From assembly GCA_965218095.1 (NCBI GenBank), contig OZ244587.1, forward strand, positions 3,904,001-3,968,000: a DNA stretch of 64,000 bases, given 5' to 3'. This DNA comes from Candidatus Poribacteria bacterium (GTDB taxonomy: Bacteria > Poribacteria > WGA-4E > PCPOR2b). The position numbers were made by a program, and so were the translations under genes. A model generated the notes under the pieces. The model was not told the DNA's origin and did not search any database. It was given only the letters and a program-made list of their open reading frames with translations. Below are positions 41,622-53,250 of the stretch, piece after piece. The first letter of the stretch is position 1; each line of letters begins with the position of its first letter.

Positions 41622-42827
41622 ATGGCAAATCTAGCAATTAACGGTGGAACACCTGTTCGGACAAAACCTTACCCCTCATGGCCCACATTTGATAATCGAG
41701 ACCTCAAAACCTTTGAGGCGGTCTATCGGAGTGGAAAGTGGGGCACCGGTGGTTCAAGGGTTCCCAAGTTTGAAAAGCGTTTCGCTGAATTTCAAGATGC
41801 AAAGCACGGCGTTTGTGTCAATAGCGGAACAGCAGCTTTGTATGTCGCACTCAAAGCCGCAGGCGTTGGGCTCGGCGATGAAGTCATCACAACGCCATAC
41901 ACCTTTCAAGCAACGGTCGTTGCTATCCTGATGGCAAATGGAGCGCCGGTGTTCGTCGATACGTTGCCCGATGGATTTAACATCGACCCATCGAAGATCG
42001 AACCCGCAATCACACCGAAGACAAAAGCCATCCTGCCGGTTCACATTGCTGGCTATCCTGCCGATATGGACGCGATTATGGAAATCTCCAATCGACACAA
42101 CCTCATTGTGGTTGAGGACTGTGCGCAGGCACACGGCGCGGAATGGCGTGGCAGAGGAGTTGGTGGTTGGGGACATTTCGGTTGTTTTAGCTTTCAGTCA
42201 TCCAAAAACCTGTGTGCCGGAGAAGGCGGTATCGTTTTGACCAACGATCGAAAGCTATATGAACGTGCCTGGGCGATTCACAACTGCGGGCGCACGCCTC
42301 CTGGGTCGGAATTTGATACAGAGCCACTTGGCGGGAATTTCCGGATGACCGAGTGGCAAGGTGGGTTACTGCTCTCACGCCTGGATAGACTTGATGAGGA
42401 GGTCAATCTGCGCAATACGAATATGCGACTTTTGGACCAGGGGTTAGGGGAGATTCCCGGCATCAAGGTGACGCCGCTCGATCCACGCGCAACTCGTGGC
42501 GGTTGTCACGGCTACAAAGCGATTTTCGATTCAGAGGAGTTTGAAGGCATCTCCCGCGAAGATTTTCTCCAAGCGATGCGGGCAGAAGGTATTCCGATGG
42601 GGCATTGGTATACAACGCCGATGTATCGACAGACGCTCATGGGTTCAGATCTCCTGAGTGCAAAGCTCGACTATTCAAATGTCTCCTGTTCAGAGGCTGA
42701 AACACTGTGTGAAAATGGTCTGGCACTGAGCCAGAGCATTTTGATGGGAAGCCAAGAAGACATGGCTGACATCATCACAACGGCAACTAAGGTACGTCGC
42801 TACGTGGGGGAGTTGGCAGAATCTTGA
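41622..42827 (+). CDS. DegT/DnrJ/EryC1/StrS aminotransferase
   Basis: NSGTAAL, EDCAQAHG, FSFQSSKNL, GEGG, GNFRM. Confidence 0.93.
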   Translation: MANLAINGGTPVRTKPYPSWPTFDNRDLKTFEAVYRSGKWGTGGSRVPKFEKRFAEFQDAKHGVCVNSGTAALYVALKAAGVGLGDEVITTPYTFQATVVAILMANGAPVFVDTLPDGFNIDPSKIEPAITPKTKAILPVHIAGYPADMDAIMEISNRHNLIVVEDCAQAHGAEWRGRGVGGWGHFGCFSFQSSKNLCAGEGGIVLTNDRKLYERAWAIHNCGRTPPGSEFDTEPLGGNFRMTEWQGGLLLSRLDRLDEEVNLRNTNMRLLDQGLGEIPGIKVTPLDPRATRGGCHGYKAIFDSEEFEGISREDFLQAMRAEGIPMGHWYTTPMYRQTLMGSDLLSAKLDYSNVSCSEAETLCENGLALSQSILMGSQEDMADIITTATKVRRYVGELAES

Positions 42828-43101
42828 TTGATTATGTTTTTCACGCTTTGTATTAACCCAAGTTGCCACCTATAAGCAGGTAGAAACTCGATTTTGAAAG
42901 CAACTCACTCGAAGATGAGTTTGCTCAACCCCGATAAGATCGGGATTCAAAGCAACTTGAGGCGAAAGACAGCGCCGAGAACGACCTCGCTACGCTGAAA
43001 TCGCAACTCGGAAAAGGAATAGAATCAGATACTGAGACAAAAGATGCGTAAACGTAAAGGTGAAATATCTGACGTTTTACGCCTTTTCAAAGGAGGGTCT
43101 C

Positions 43102-44184
43102 ATGGCTCAACCCAAGGGCGAGGCATTTCGTGTCATTCACGAGAGCAAACCTAAACACACCTATCGCAGTGCAGTTGTCGGATGTGGCAGAATGGGCAGC
43201 ACAATTGATGATGAACATATCGGAATGCCACACTACCCCTGGCCGTGGGCACACGCCCCGGCAATGATTGAAGCGCGGGGCGTAGATCTACTTGCTGCGG
43301 CCGATGTGGATCAAGCAAAACTAAATGACTTCAAGCGGCGTTGGGGCGTCGAAGCCCTTTACACCGACTATCGAGAGATGGTCAAAAAGGAGCAGCCAGA
43401 CATCGTCTGCCTAACGACCCGTCCCGAACCCCGTGCAGAGGTCACTATCGGCTTGGCAGAAGCCGGCGTCAAGGCAATCTATGCCACGAAGCCGATGTGT
43501 CGCACCCTCGCCGAAGCGGACGCAATGATCGACGCCTGCCACAAGCACGGGGTCATCCTCGCTATTGCGTGTCATCTCAACTGGTACAACTGGTACACAA
43601 ACGCTCGTCAAGCAATCGCCGACGGAACCATCGGCAAATTGAGATCGATGTTCTGTCACAGCCCATCCAGCCTCTCGAATCTGCATAGCCATACGCTCGC
43701 GCTCTTTCGCCTGTTTGCCGGTGCCCCGGCAAAGTGGGTCTTTGGCGTGATGGACAGCGAAGAAGGCGCAGCCGGAGATCGCGACCTCTCGGGCTCGGGG
43801 TATATCGTCTACGAGAACGGTGTCCGCGCTGTCATGAATACCCAATCTGAAACTTCAGGGCACACATGGACACTCGAATTTATCGGTGAGAAGGGGCGTA
43901 TCGTTTCACGCAACGCCCACGCCCAGTTCGAGCTATGGAGTACCCATCCAGAGACGGGTGGGCCTATCCAGTGTCAGTTTCCCAACCCTTGGTATCCGCG
44001 GAGTTCAATGGTGGACGCAGTCGAAGGCGTTTGCAAATCTCTTGAGGCCGGAGAAGAGCGAATCTGTCCGGGTGAATTTGGCAGGGAGGCTCTGGAAATC
44101 GCCATTGCTCTACGCGAATCCCATCGCCGCGGCAATGTGCGGGTCGATCTGCCACTGGAGGATCGAAGCCTGCGGATGGGGTAA
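43102..44184 (+). CDS. Gfo/Idh/MocA oxidoreductase
   Basis: VVGCGRMG; TKPM in place of the usual EKP. Confidence 0.85.
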   Translation: MAQPKGEAFRVIHESKPKHTYRSAVVGCGRMGSTIDDEHIGMPHYPWPWAHAPAMIEARGVDLLAAADVDQAKLNDFKRRWGVEALYTDYREMVKKEQPDIVCLTTRPEPRAEVTIGLAEAGVKAIYATKPMCRTLAEADAMIDACHKHGVILAIACHLNWYNWYTNARQAIADGTIGKLRSMFCHSPSSLSNLHSHTLALFRLFAGAPAKWVFGVMDSEEGAAGDRDLSGSGYIVYENGVRAVMNTQSETSGHTWTLEFIGEKGRIVSRNAHAQFELWSTHPETGGPIQCQFPNPWYPRSSMVDAVEGVCKSLEAGEERICPGEFGREALEIAIALRESHRRGNVRVDLPLEDRSLRMG

Positions 44185-44324
44185 TTGATGGGAGAAATAT
44201 ATGAGACCAGCATCAACACTAGCGTCCAGCGAAAGACCCGATGATGGCGAAAACGAAAAACGGTTGCGTTCCACGCAGGAAATAGCGTACGCAGCGGTCT
44301 GAGCGCGTCCGATTCGCACAGATA

Positions 44325-44651
44325 TCAATCGTAACTAAAATCATCAGGTGCTTTCTTCTTTTCGATTATCTTAACAAGGTGATAGGCATATCGCCCCACA
44401 TCCTGTATCTCCGTACCACGGTCTTCCAATCTAACCTCAAGTGTATAAATAAACCCCGGTTCAAAATCAAAGCCCTGAATAGCCTCGTAGAAGAATTCCC
44501 AGCGACTTGAGTCCTCGTTGTACACCAGAAAGCAATCTTGTTCAATAAAACCCTGACACTGCTGTGTGTAAGGGCCAAGCGTGATAATCTCGGTATCTTC
44601 CTCGCCGCAAGCAAACAAAAACAGCAAAGCAAGCATCGGTAAAAATCTCAT
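44325..44651 (-). CDS. DUF4377-like lipoprotein
   Basis: LFAC lipobox; C..C..WEFFY..IQGFDFEPGFIY. Confidence 0.75.
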   Translation of the reverse strand: MRFLPMLALLFLFACGEEDTEIITLGPYTQQCQGFIEQDCFLVYNEDSSRWEFFYEAIQGFDFEPGFIYTLEVRLEDRGTEIQDVGRYAYHLVKIIEKKKAPDDFSYD

Positions 44652-44944
44652 TTCCGTATCTCCAAAAAAAACGGATGAAATTAAGAAGGACATCTTAAGC
44701 CCCAGCGATCGGTGGCGCGGATTTCATTCCATGACAGGCGCGCATTGTCGAGCATTTCTTTTTAGTATGTCGATTTTCCAAAATCGACATGCTATGCTGA
44801 GATATGAATCTCGACCTACTAACTGGAATAGGTAGCAACTTGGGTTAATTTTATAGTGGGAACGGAGTGGAGTGAGATGCAACGCACAAGAAACGCGCTT
44901 ACTACTAACGGTTGGAAAGAAGATGGGGTTTATTGGAGGGGAAA

Positions 44945-44980
44945 TAAAAATGGAGGGCAAAGAAAATCTCTGCCCTCCAT
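44945..44980 (-). terminator. Intrinsic terminator after groEL
   Basis: ATGGAGGGCA/TGCCCTCCAT stem with a T run on the minus strand. Confidence 0.75.
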
Positions 44981-45021
44981 ATCTGCTTGTAATTTCAGAA
45001 TCTGCTTGTAATTTCAGACAC

Positions 45022-46710
<1,689 letters not shown>

Positions 46711-47001
46711 TTAGCCAATCTTTGCCAAGATGTCATCTTCGCGCAGAATCAGCAATTCTTCATTTTCATACGTCACTTCAGTACCAGAGTACTTCCCAAA
46801 CAGGATTTTATCTCCAGTTGCGACATCAATGGGTTGCCGATCGCCATTGTCAAGCAAGCGACCTTTCCCAACAACGATAACTTCCCCTTCTTGGGGCTTT
46901 TCTTTGGCAGTGTCAGGAATAATAATCCCGCCACTGGTTGTCTGTTCGTCCTCTTCAGTGCGTCGGATTAAAATCCGATCGCCTAGCGGCGTGAGCGCCA
47001 T
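46711..47001 (-). CDS. groS: Co-chaperonin GroES
   Basis: [19 protein letters not shown]. Confidence 0.98.
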   Translation of the reverse strand: MALTPLGDRILIRRTEEDEQTTSGGIIIPDTAKEKPQEGEVIVVGKGRLLDNGDRQPIDVATGDKILFGKYSGTEVTYENEELLILREDDILAKIG

Positions 47002-47095
47002 ATCCCTTTCTCCTTTCTTGCGTTTGAATCAATGAACCTAAAGTTCGGATAGATTATCCACCTTCAAAATAGTAAGCAATAGCTTCAAAATAGTA

Positions 47096-47111
47096 AGCAA
47101 TAGATATGCCA
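47096..47111 (-). promoter_or_regulatory. Putative sigma54 (-24/-12) promoter of groESL
   Basis: TGGCATATCTATTGCT has the exact GG-N10-GC spacing, ~95 bp upstream of groES. Confidence 0.65.
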
Positions 47112-47222
47112 CCCTGCTATCACTGAGTTATCCCGCTGCAGATGACATTTTGGCACAATAATAATCGAGACAAAATGCCACTATCCTTGCCTTCTATTAC
47201 ATTCGTGTCAATTTGTCACATG

Positions 47223-48206
47223 CTAAAAGGGGCATCGAACGGCTTTACCGGTTTGATTCGATTCGTAAGCAGCCGCAAGGATCTGATTGGCACGCAGCCC
47301 ATCGAGTCCTGTGACAATTGGTTGTTCGCCTTCAGTCGCACACCGTGCGAAATGCTCAAATTGGAATTGGTAAAGATCTTCATACCGAGAGGCGATGATG
47401 TGACACTCGTTGTCGAGGAAGGTCTTGATTTTCCAACCATCATCATCATAGACCAGTACCCACCCCTGTGTACCGTAGACTTCAATGACGAGATCGCAGC
47501 CGGCAGCAGCAAAGCTGGTGTCGGTGAATCCCTGAGCGCCGTTCTCAAAACGCATCATGATTGTTCCAGTCTCTTCGACATCATAACGATGAATGGTGCT
47601 GTTGCAGAAGGCGCTGACTTCGCTGACCTCTCCGATGATGTAACGCAAGAGATCGACGCCGTGCACCCCGAGGTCCATCAGACAGCCGCCGCCAGCTTGG
47701 TCAGGGTTCCCCCGCCATGTCCCTTGAGGAATTGGGGAAGATTTGAGAAGCGGCATCCGCCCATGAACGATTCGCCCTAAGCGTCCTTCATTAACCCAGT
47801 TTCTGATCTGTTGGAAGCAAGAGTGAAAGCGAAACAGAAAGCAGATCTGTAGATGTACGTTGTTCGCTTCGCAGGCATCGATCATCCGCTGGCACTCTTC
47901 AGAATTCATCGCCATCGGTTTGTCGCAGAGAACATGGAAGCCCCGTTCGGCAGCTTGGATCACTTGCCCGCAGTGCAGATACACAGGTGTTGAGACATAA
48001 ATCGCATCCAACTCTGAATCTGAAAGGAGATCATCAACGGTTGTGTAATACATCTGTGCCCCATGTTCTGTCGCGATGCGCTTGGCACGCTCTGCGTCTC
48101 TGGAGAACAGGGCGTGAAGTTCCGCTCCTTTCGCCTTATTGATTGCTGGGATAGCTCGGCGTTGGGCCACACTCCCCGCGCCAAGCACTCCCCATTTCAG
48201 CGCCAT
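47223..48206 (-). CDS. Gfo/Idh/MocA oxidoreductase
   Basis: GVLGAG, CDKPMA, GGGCLMDLGVH. Confidence 0.9.
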   Translation of the reverse strand: MALKWGVLGAGSVAQRRAIPAINKAKGAELHALFSRDAERAKRIATEHGAQMYYTTVDDLLSDSELDAIYVSTPVYLHCGQVIQAAERGFHVLCDKPMAMNSEECQRMIDACEANNVHLQICFLFRFHSCFQQIRNWVNEGRLGRIVHGRMPLLKSSPIPQGTWRGNPDQAGGGCLMDLGVHGVDLLRYIIGEVSEVSAFCNSTIHRYDVEETGTIMMRFENGAQGFTDTSFAAAGCDLVIEVYGTQGWVLVYDDDGWKIKTFLDNECHIIASRYEDLYQFQFEHFARCATEGEQPIVTGLDGLRANQILAAAYESNQTGKAVRCPF

Positions 48207-48769
48207 GATGAACCTCCTCGGTGATCAGGTATGTCAGAAAGCAGGATGCTCGCTTTCACACATCACCAGAATAGTATTATACCCCAATAGGTCGTAACTT
48301 ACACTGCTCTGTAAATTTAGTTTTGGCTATTGGAGTAGAGCGGGTCCGATTTTCAATCAAGACAGGCACGGCTCCCCGTTCATCTGTAGTTGGGAGAAAC
48401 GCTTTCGAACCCCGATCCATCAAGGCTCTACAGTACCCTTAATGAAATAGTACCCTTAATGAAATTTTACAAAGCACTACCGCCCGTATCGGAATTTTTC
48501 TGTTGAGAATAATGGCACAAACTGGTATAATAAAAAACTGCATTTCACAAAATTAAACTTGGGGTTTTAGTGCTAGGAAGTGTATCAGAGGTGCTTTGCA
48601 TTCATGATTAGATGTCAGCTTAATCAGATCGGTGTGGAAATGTTGGGAAGATACTGGAAACATATTGTTCCACCAATATCCAAGCAGGTATATATATCGT
48701 TAATAGCTACAGCCCTTTCGCTGCCAGTTGCTAAAATGCTAGGAACGAAAGGGGGATAGGTTTGATATA

Positions 48770-48970
48770 ATGATTCACGTCAAAGTTAATCCAAACGAAA
48801 CACTTGATAAAGCCCTGGCCCGATTTAAGAAAATATGCAGCAAGGCAGGTATCGTCACGGAAATTAGGAGACGTAGTTTTTATGAGAAGCCAAGCGAAAA
48901 ACGACGTCGTTTAGAATTAAAACGGCTACGGAAAAGCAAACTCCGTACCTTTAACACCAGGCACCGATAA
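48770..48970 (+). CDS. rpsU: 30S ribosomal protein S21
   Basis: ALARFKK..GI..E.RRR.FYEKPSEKRR. Confidence 0.93.
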   Translation: MIHVKVNPNETLDKALARFKKICSKAGIVTEIRRRSFYEKPSEKRRRLELKRLRKSKLRTFNTRHR

Positions 48971-49034
48971 TAAACTTAACTAGCCTCATTGGCATCGCAG
49001 TTGCAACGATTATCGAATTGGCAGATTTTCTGCA

Positions 49035-49156
49035 ACCTTAGAACCTGGATCGAAGGGCATACATGATCTGCTCAATGGCACAATCTACAGAGGTTCCATT
49101 GGGTCAGCGTGTATGCCCTTTGTATTTGCCACTCAGATCTCCAGATTAACGGGGTC
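49035..49156. ncRNA. Candidate structured RNA (long imperfect hairpin), family unassigned
   Basis: AAGGGCATACA/TGTATGCCCTT 11-bp stem plus inner and outer stems. Confidence 0.3.
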
Positions 49157-49207
49157 ATTTTTCGTCCGCCACTTTGCCCCGTTTATACCCGGTGTGTCAC
49201 GCGACGC

Positions 49208-49237
49208 AAAAAGCCCGCCGAAAAGTGGCGGGCTTTT
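49208..49237. terminator. Bidirectional intrinsic terminator
   Basis: AAAAAGCCCGCC-GAAAAGT-GGCGGGCTTTT between convergent units. Confidence 0.8.
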
Positions 49238-49242
49238 CCAAC

Positions 49243-49990
49243 TTAATCGGAGGGAGCGAGGGGAGGAAAATCATGGTCCCAATCATCTCTCCTCCGAAAC
49301 TTCATACGCATCAATTCATTTTTGATCATTGCAGCGCGAACTTCTCCAACGCCTTCAACCGCTTGCAAATCTTCTATCGTCGCATCATAGATGGCGCTAA
49401 GGGTTTGAAAGGTTTTAACCACATTCTCGATTACGTTCATCGGCAGGCGGGGAATTTCGTTGAGCATCCGATAACCACGGGGTTCCGTCGGCTCGATGTG
49501 ACCGGCAACATCGCGCGGAAAGCCGAGGGCAACACAAATGTTACCACGATCTGCCAGGGCCTGGGCGTCGAGTTTGAAGATTCGATCGAAAATCTCTTTC
49601 TCTTCTCGTTGCTCTTCTCGTTGCTCTTCTCGTTGATCTGCGCAGTAGTAGTCACGAACCACCAGGTGCGCTTCTTCCACTTCGGTATCTAACTCTGGGG
49701 GACGGAGTTGCAGGGATTGTGCCTCTGTTCCTAACTCAATCCGATAACGATTCAGATCCATCTCTGTCCGACGTACCATCTCGTTGCGCTGAATCACTGT
49801 AACAACGTCTGCAAATGTCACCGAACCATGCAATTCGGCATGATGGAGTTTCTCCATTGCTGAACTCAACCCTTATAGTGAACGATTCAACCAAAGATAA
49901 TCCAATTGTATCCAAATATAGGCGCCATACATCAAGATTATAGCACTATTGCAATGGCTCGTCGAGGAGATTGAAATCGTAATCGTGGCG
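49243..49990 (-). pseudogene. disA: DisA remnant: linker + HhH domains, diadenylate cyclase domain lost
   Basis: PRGYRMLNEIPRLP..VIENVV..ATIEDLQAVEGVGEVRA; no DGA/RHR DAC motifs upstream. Confidence 0.75.
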
Positions 49991-50020
49991 CATTCATTCT
50001 TCAATCGAAATGGCATTAAT

Positions 50021-50183
50021 TGTAATAGTCAACATTAATTGTAATAGTCAAGAGGATGCTTGACACTGCTCCCGATGGATTGGCAAAAATCCATCGGCTA
50101 TGGCGTGGATTTGTCAATGGCTCGCATCCCGATCCATCGGGTCCACGCCGAGTGGGGTGTCGATCATCATGTTGACCACTACA
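50021..50183. mobile_element. MITE with TGT...ACA ends and a 15-bp target-site duplication
   Basis: IR TGTAATAGTCAA / TTGACCACTACA; DR CGAAATGGCATTAAT at 50006-50020 and 50184-50198. Confidence 0.75.
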
Positions 50184-50193
50184 CGAAATGGCA

Positions 50194-51576
50194 TTAATCT
50201 ATCAACCGAGCATTGTACTGGCGCGGTGTGTGGCGGTAGCCACGAAACGCTGGGGGATGGAGAGGCGGTGGGGTATAGATGTAGATTGCATCACTGTATG
50301 GGTCGTACAAGATTACCCCCTCGCGTTCATCGCCACAGACATCTGCGGGAAAGCAATGATACCATCCCATCTTGCCACCCGTTGGCGGCGGCAGTCCCGG
50401 GAACGTCACGACTTTGCGTCCGAAGCCATCATAGAGCGCGGCAGGACTGTAAATCAGGTCAGCCGCACCCTCGCCGTTCCAACGAATGATTTCCAAGCCG
50501 GTGTTATTGGGGGACGCATCAACGCGAAATCGACTGAGCACCCCACCGCTGTTACTCACAACCATCAGATCCGGATGATGCCCATTGTAACGGATGATAA
50601 GTTCAGGCCCCGGCGAATCGAGTCGAACATCGCCGTGACGGATCTCCTGTCCATGTGGCACGAGCTCTTCGCCGAGTTTGAGCAGGGTATTTCCACGCCC
50701 ATCAAGAACCTGTCCCCAACCAGACAAGATTGCCTCCTTCCCGTTGCTTTCATCCCCATCCCACTCTTCAACCAAGACGGCATCCATGTTATCGCCAAGG
50801 TATTTTTCCCACAACACACTGCCATCGTAAGCTAGACCAAAATGCCCACCATTCACCTCATCTATCCCATCGCCATCCAGATCCCCGACAGCAGGGATGT
50901 AAGCGGAATGTTTGGCGTAACGATACCATTTATTTGTGTACCGCCACAAGATGTCGAGTTCATGGTTAAAAGCGAACAGATCATTGCCGAGTTTGACAAC
51001 AAAGTCCTGCGGTTGCGCATTGCCGGAAAAGTTAGCAATCATCAGGCGATGATGGGCATAGTTGGCGATGTGAAGCTCGCCATTGATATAAGCGTTACAG
51101 CAGCGAAGTTCAGCCGGCGCAGTTTTCTTTTTGATTTCACCTGTTTTTCCATCTAAGATGACCAGATCAATCGCATCCAGATTCCATTTGCTCGTGCGTT
51201 TCACATCAAAATCGATTAAGAAGCAGATGACTTCTAAACAGCCATCTTGATCGATGTCGTAGACCGCAACGGGCCCGGGGCGATCCGGAGGGCGTGTGCG
51301 AAGCGTGCCTGTCCCGTCGGCATCCGCGACACCGAAATTTTTATCGCCGATTGACCAGATTGGCTCGCCACCGAGCGTGAATGCACCGAGAAAGCACGGC
51401 TTCATGCCGCCCAAGGATTTGTAGACGAGGAAATCGACAACGCCATCGCCCGTGAAATCGCCAATGCGGATGTCTCCCCCCCACCGTTCACCTGAATCTT
51501 CAGAGATGAAACCATCAGGAATGAGAATTTTTTTATGAAGCGTCGCGCCTTCTGGAACTGGAAAATTATCATTCAT
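50194..51576 (-). CDS. FG-GAP/VCBS-repeat beta-propeller, PL11 rhamnogalacturonan-lyase-like
   Basis: Repeated D.DGDG..E loops; C-terminal RQYNARL. Confidence 0.65.
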   Translation of the reverse strand: MNDNFPVPEGATLHKKILIPDGFISEDSGERWGGDIRIGDFTGDGVVDFLVYKSLGGMKPCFLGAFTLGGEPIWSIGDKNFGVADADGTGTLRTRPPDRPGPVAVYDIDQDGCLEVICFLIDFDVKRTSKWNLDAIDLVILDGKTGEIKKKTAPAELRCCNAYINGELHIANYAHHRLMIANFSGNAQPQDFVVKLGNDLFAFNHELDILWRYTNKWYRYAKHSAYIPAVGDLDGDGIDEVNGGHFGLAYDGSVLWEKYLGDNMDAVLVEEWDGDESNGKEAILSGWGQVLDGRGNTLLKLGEELVPHGQEIRHGDVRLDSPGPELIIRYNGHHPDLMVVSNSGGVLSRFRVDASPNNTGLEIIRWNGEGAADLIYSPAALYDGFGRKVVTFPGLPPPTGGKMGWYHCFPADVCGDEREGVILYDPYSDAIYIYTPPPLHPPAFRGYRHTPRQYNARLID

Positions 51577-51739
51577 GGTTTGCTGCTATCCTTGTCAAGA
51601 ACCGGCGCCCACGCTGGCGTTTGAATCAACCCCAAGCGGCCTTGGTCTTGATACATCGGTACGCTTCTACTCGACCCCGATAGATTCGGGGCAATTGGAT
51701 TTTACGTAAAAAACTAATGACTAGAGCATCACGGCAAAG

Positions 51740-51820
51740 GTTTCGACCCCGTAAGGGATGGTGACCCTTGCGAAGGTTTGAACCCTTCGCAAGGTTTCTC
51801 GTCCCGTAAGGAGCTCCTTA
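51740..51820. repeat. Palindromic REP-like cluster
   Basis: CCTTGCGAAGG-TTTGAAC-CCTTCGCAAGG; related to 58715-58746. Confidence 0.55.
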
Positions 51821-51870
51821 ACAAAGCTGCTGTGATTAATGATGTTCCCTTTTCAGATTTTGGTCGAATT

Positions 51871-53250
51871 TTATAAGCGATCTTGTTGGCTTAACCGCTG
51901 CAGTAGCTTGCAGTAGGCCTTCTGCCCACGCTCAAAGCTAATGAGCCGGAAGAATTCGTCCGGGGCGTGTGCATTTTCATCCTCCAACGCAAAGGCAAAC
52001 ACCACTGTATAGACATCCAGTTTATCTAGGAAGAAGCTGCATACCGGAAGGGTACCACCGAGCCTGGTGTAATACGGTGCTTTTCCGTACACCTCTTCGA
52101 GTACAGCGTACGCAGCCTGGTTGCCCGGATGATCGTCCGGTATCCGGTAGGCCGGGGATGGAGCAGATTGCGGGCTGACCATTATCTTTACGCCCAGAGG
52201 CGCATACTTTGCTATATGAGCGGCAATCCGTTCAAAGATTTTGCTGGGTTCCTGGTCAGGAACCAGGCGGCAGGTGATTTTGGCATGGACTTCCCTCGGG
52301 ATGACGGTCTTGGTCCCCTCGCCCTGAAAGCCGCCCCAGATTCCGTTCGCTTCAAGCGTCGGGCGCCCCCATGCCCGCTCAAGGGTCGTGTAGCCGGGCT
52401 CGCCGAAGACATCGTCCACGCCGAGTTGTTGCTTGTATTCCGCCTCGTCGTGGGGAATCGCGGCGATGTGCGCCCGATCTGCGTCAGTCAGTGGAATGAC
52501 ACCATCGTGGAAACCTTCGACCAAGATCCTGCCATCGGGACTGCGCATGGAGTCCAAGAGTCGCACCAGGGCGTGGATGGGGTTCTGGACGGTTCCCCCA
52601 TAGATGCCGGAGTGCAGGTCCACGTTGGCGCCCTCAACGTCGATCTGTAGAGCACACAGTCCCTTGAAGCCAACGAGCAGCGCCGGCTGGTCTTCGCGCC
52701 ACTGCAATCCATCGGCGCTGACCACTAGATCACATGCGAGCAATTCTCGATGTTCGTCTATAAAGGTAGGGAGATGTCCGCTGCCGATCTCCTCCTCACC
52801 TTCAAAAAAGAACTTTAGGTTGACGGGCAAATGCCCCTCCACCTTGAGCATCGCCTCGGCGGCGATGATGGGGATGAGCATATTTCCCTTGTCATCCGAA
52901 GCCCCACGGGCGTACACTCTGCCGTCTCGCACGACCGGCTCAAAGGGCGGATGAGACCAGAGATCGACTGGGTCAACCGGTTGCGTATCAAAGTGCCCGT
53001 AGATTAGAATTGTTGGCTTGCCGGGGGCGTGCAGCCACTCGCCGTAGACCACCGGAGGGCCATCGGTTGGCAGGATGCGTACGTCTTCGATGTCGGCTGC
53101 CTTCATGCGGTCTGCAACCCACTCGGCGGCGCGTCGCACGTCCCCGGCGTGCTCGGACAGCGCGGAGATACTGGGGATGCGGATAAAGTCCAGCATCTCA
53201 TCCAGAAATCGAGATTTGTGATTTTTCAGGTAGTTTTCCCAATCTGCCAT
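51871..53250 (-). CDS. M20 family dipeptidase
   Basis: YGHFDTQP, RGASDDKG, EGEEEIGS, DLHSG, HAPDE. Confidence 0.92.
   Translation of the reverse strand: MADWENYLKNHKSRFLDEMLDFIRIPSISALSEHAGDVRRAAEWVADRMKAADIEDVRILPTDGPPVVYGEWLHAPGKPTILIYGHFDTQPVDPVDLWSHPPFEPVVRDGRVYARGASDDKGNMLIPIIAAEAMLKVEGHLPVNLKFFFEGEEEIGSGHLPTFIDEHRELLACDLVVSADGLQWREDQPALLVGFKGLCALQIDVEGANVDLHSGIYGGTVQNPIHALVRLLDSMRSPDGRILVEGFHDGVIPLTDADRAHIAAIPHDEAEYKQQLGVDDVFGEPGYTTLERAWGRPTLEANGIWGGFQGEGTKTVIPREVHAKITCRLVPDQEPSKIFERIAAHIAKYAPLGVKIMVSPQSAPSPAYRIPDDHPGNQAAYAVLEEVYGKAPYYTRLGGTLPVCSFFLDKLDVYTVVFAFALEDENAHAPDEFFRLISFERGQKAYCKLLQRLSQQDRL

Noticed and set aside
47002-47222. CIRCE/HrcA operator
   Set aside because: The consensus inverted repeat is absent.
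47142-47780. Long antisense ORFs (also 34278..34907, 49174..49692, 50188..50835 and those opposite groEL)
   Set aside because: They are shadows of well-supported genes on the other strand and have no recognisable motifs.
49035-49200. Assignment as c-di-GMP riboswitch or SRP RNA
   Set aside because: Diagnostic motifs are incomplete or absent; left as an unassigned structure.
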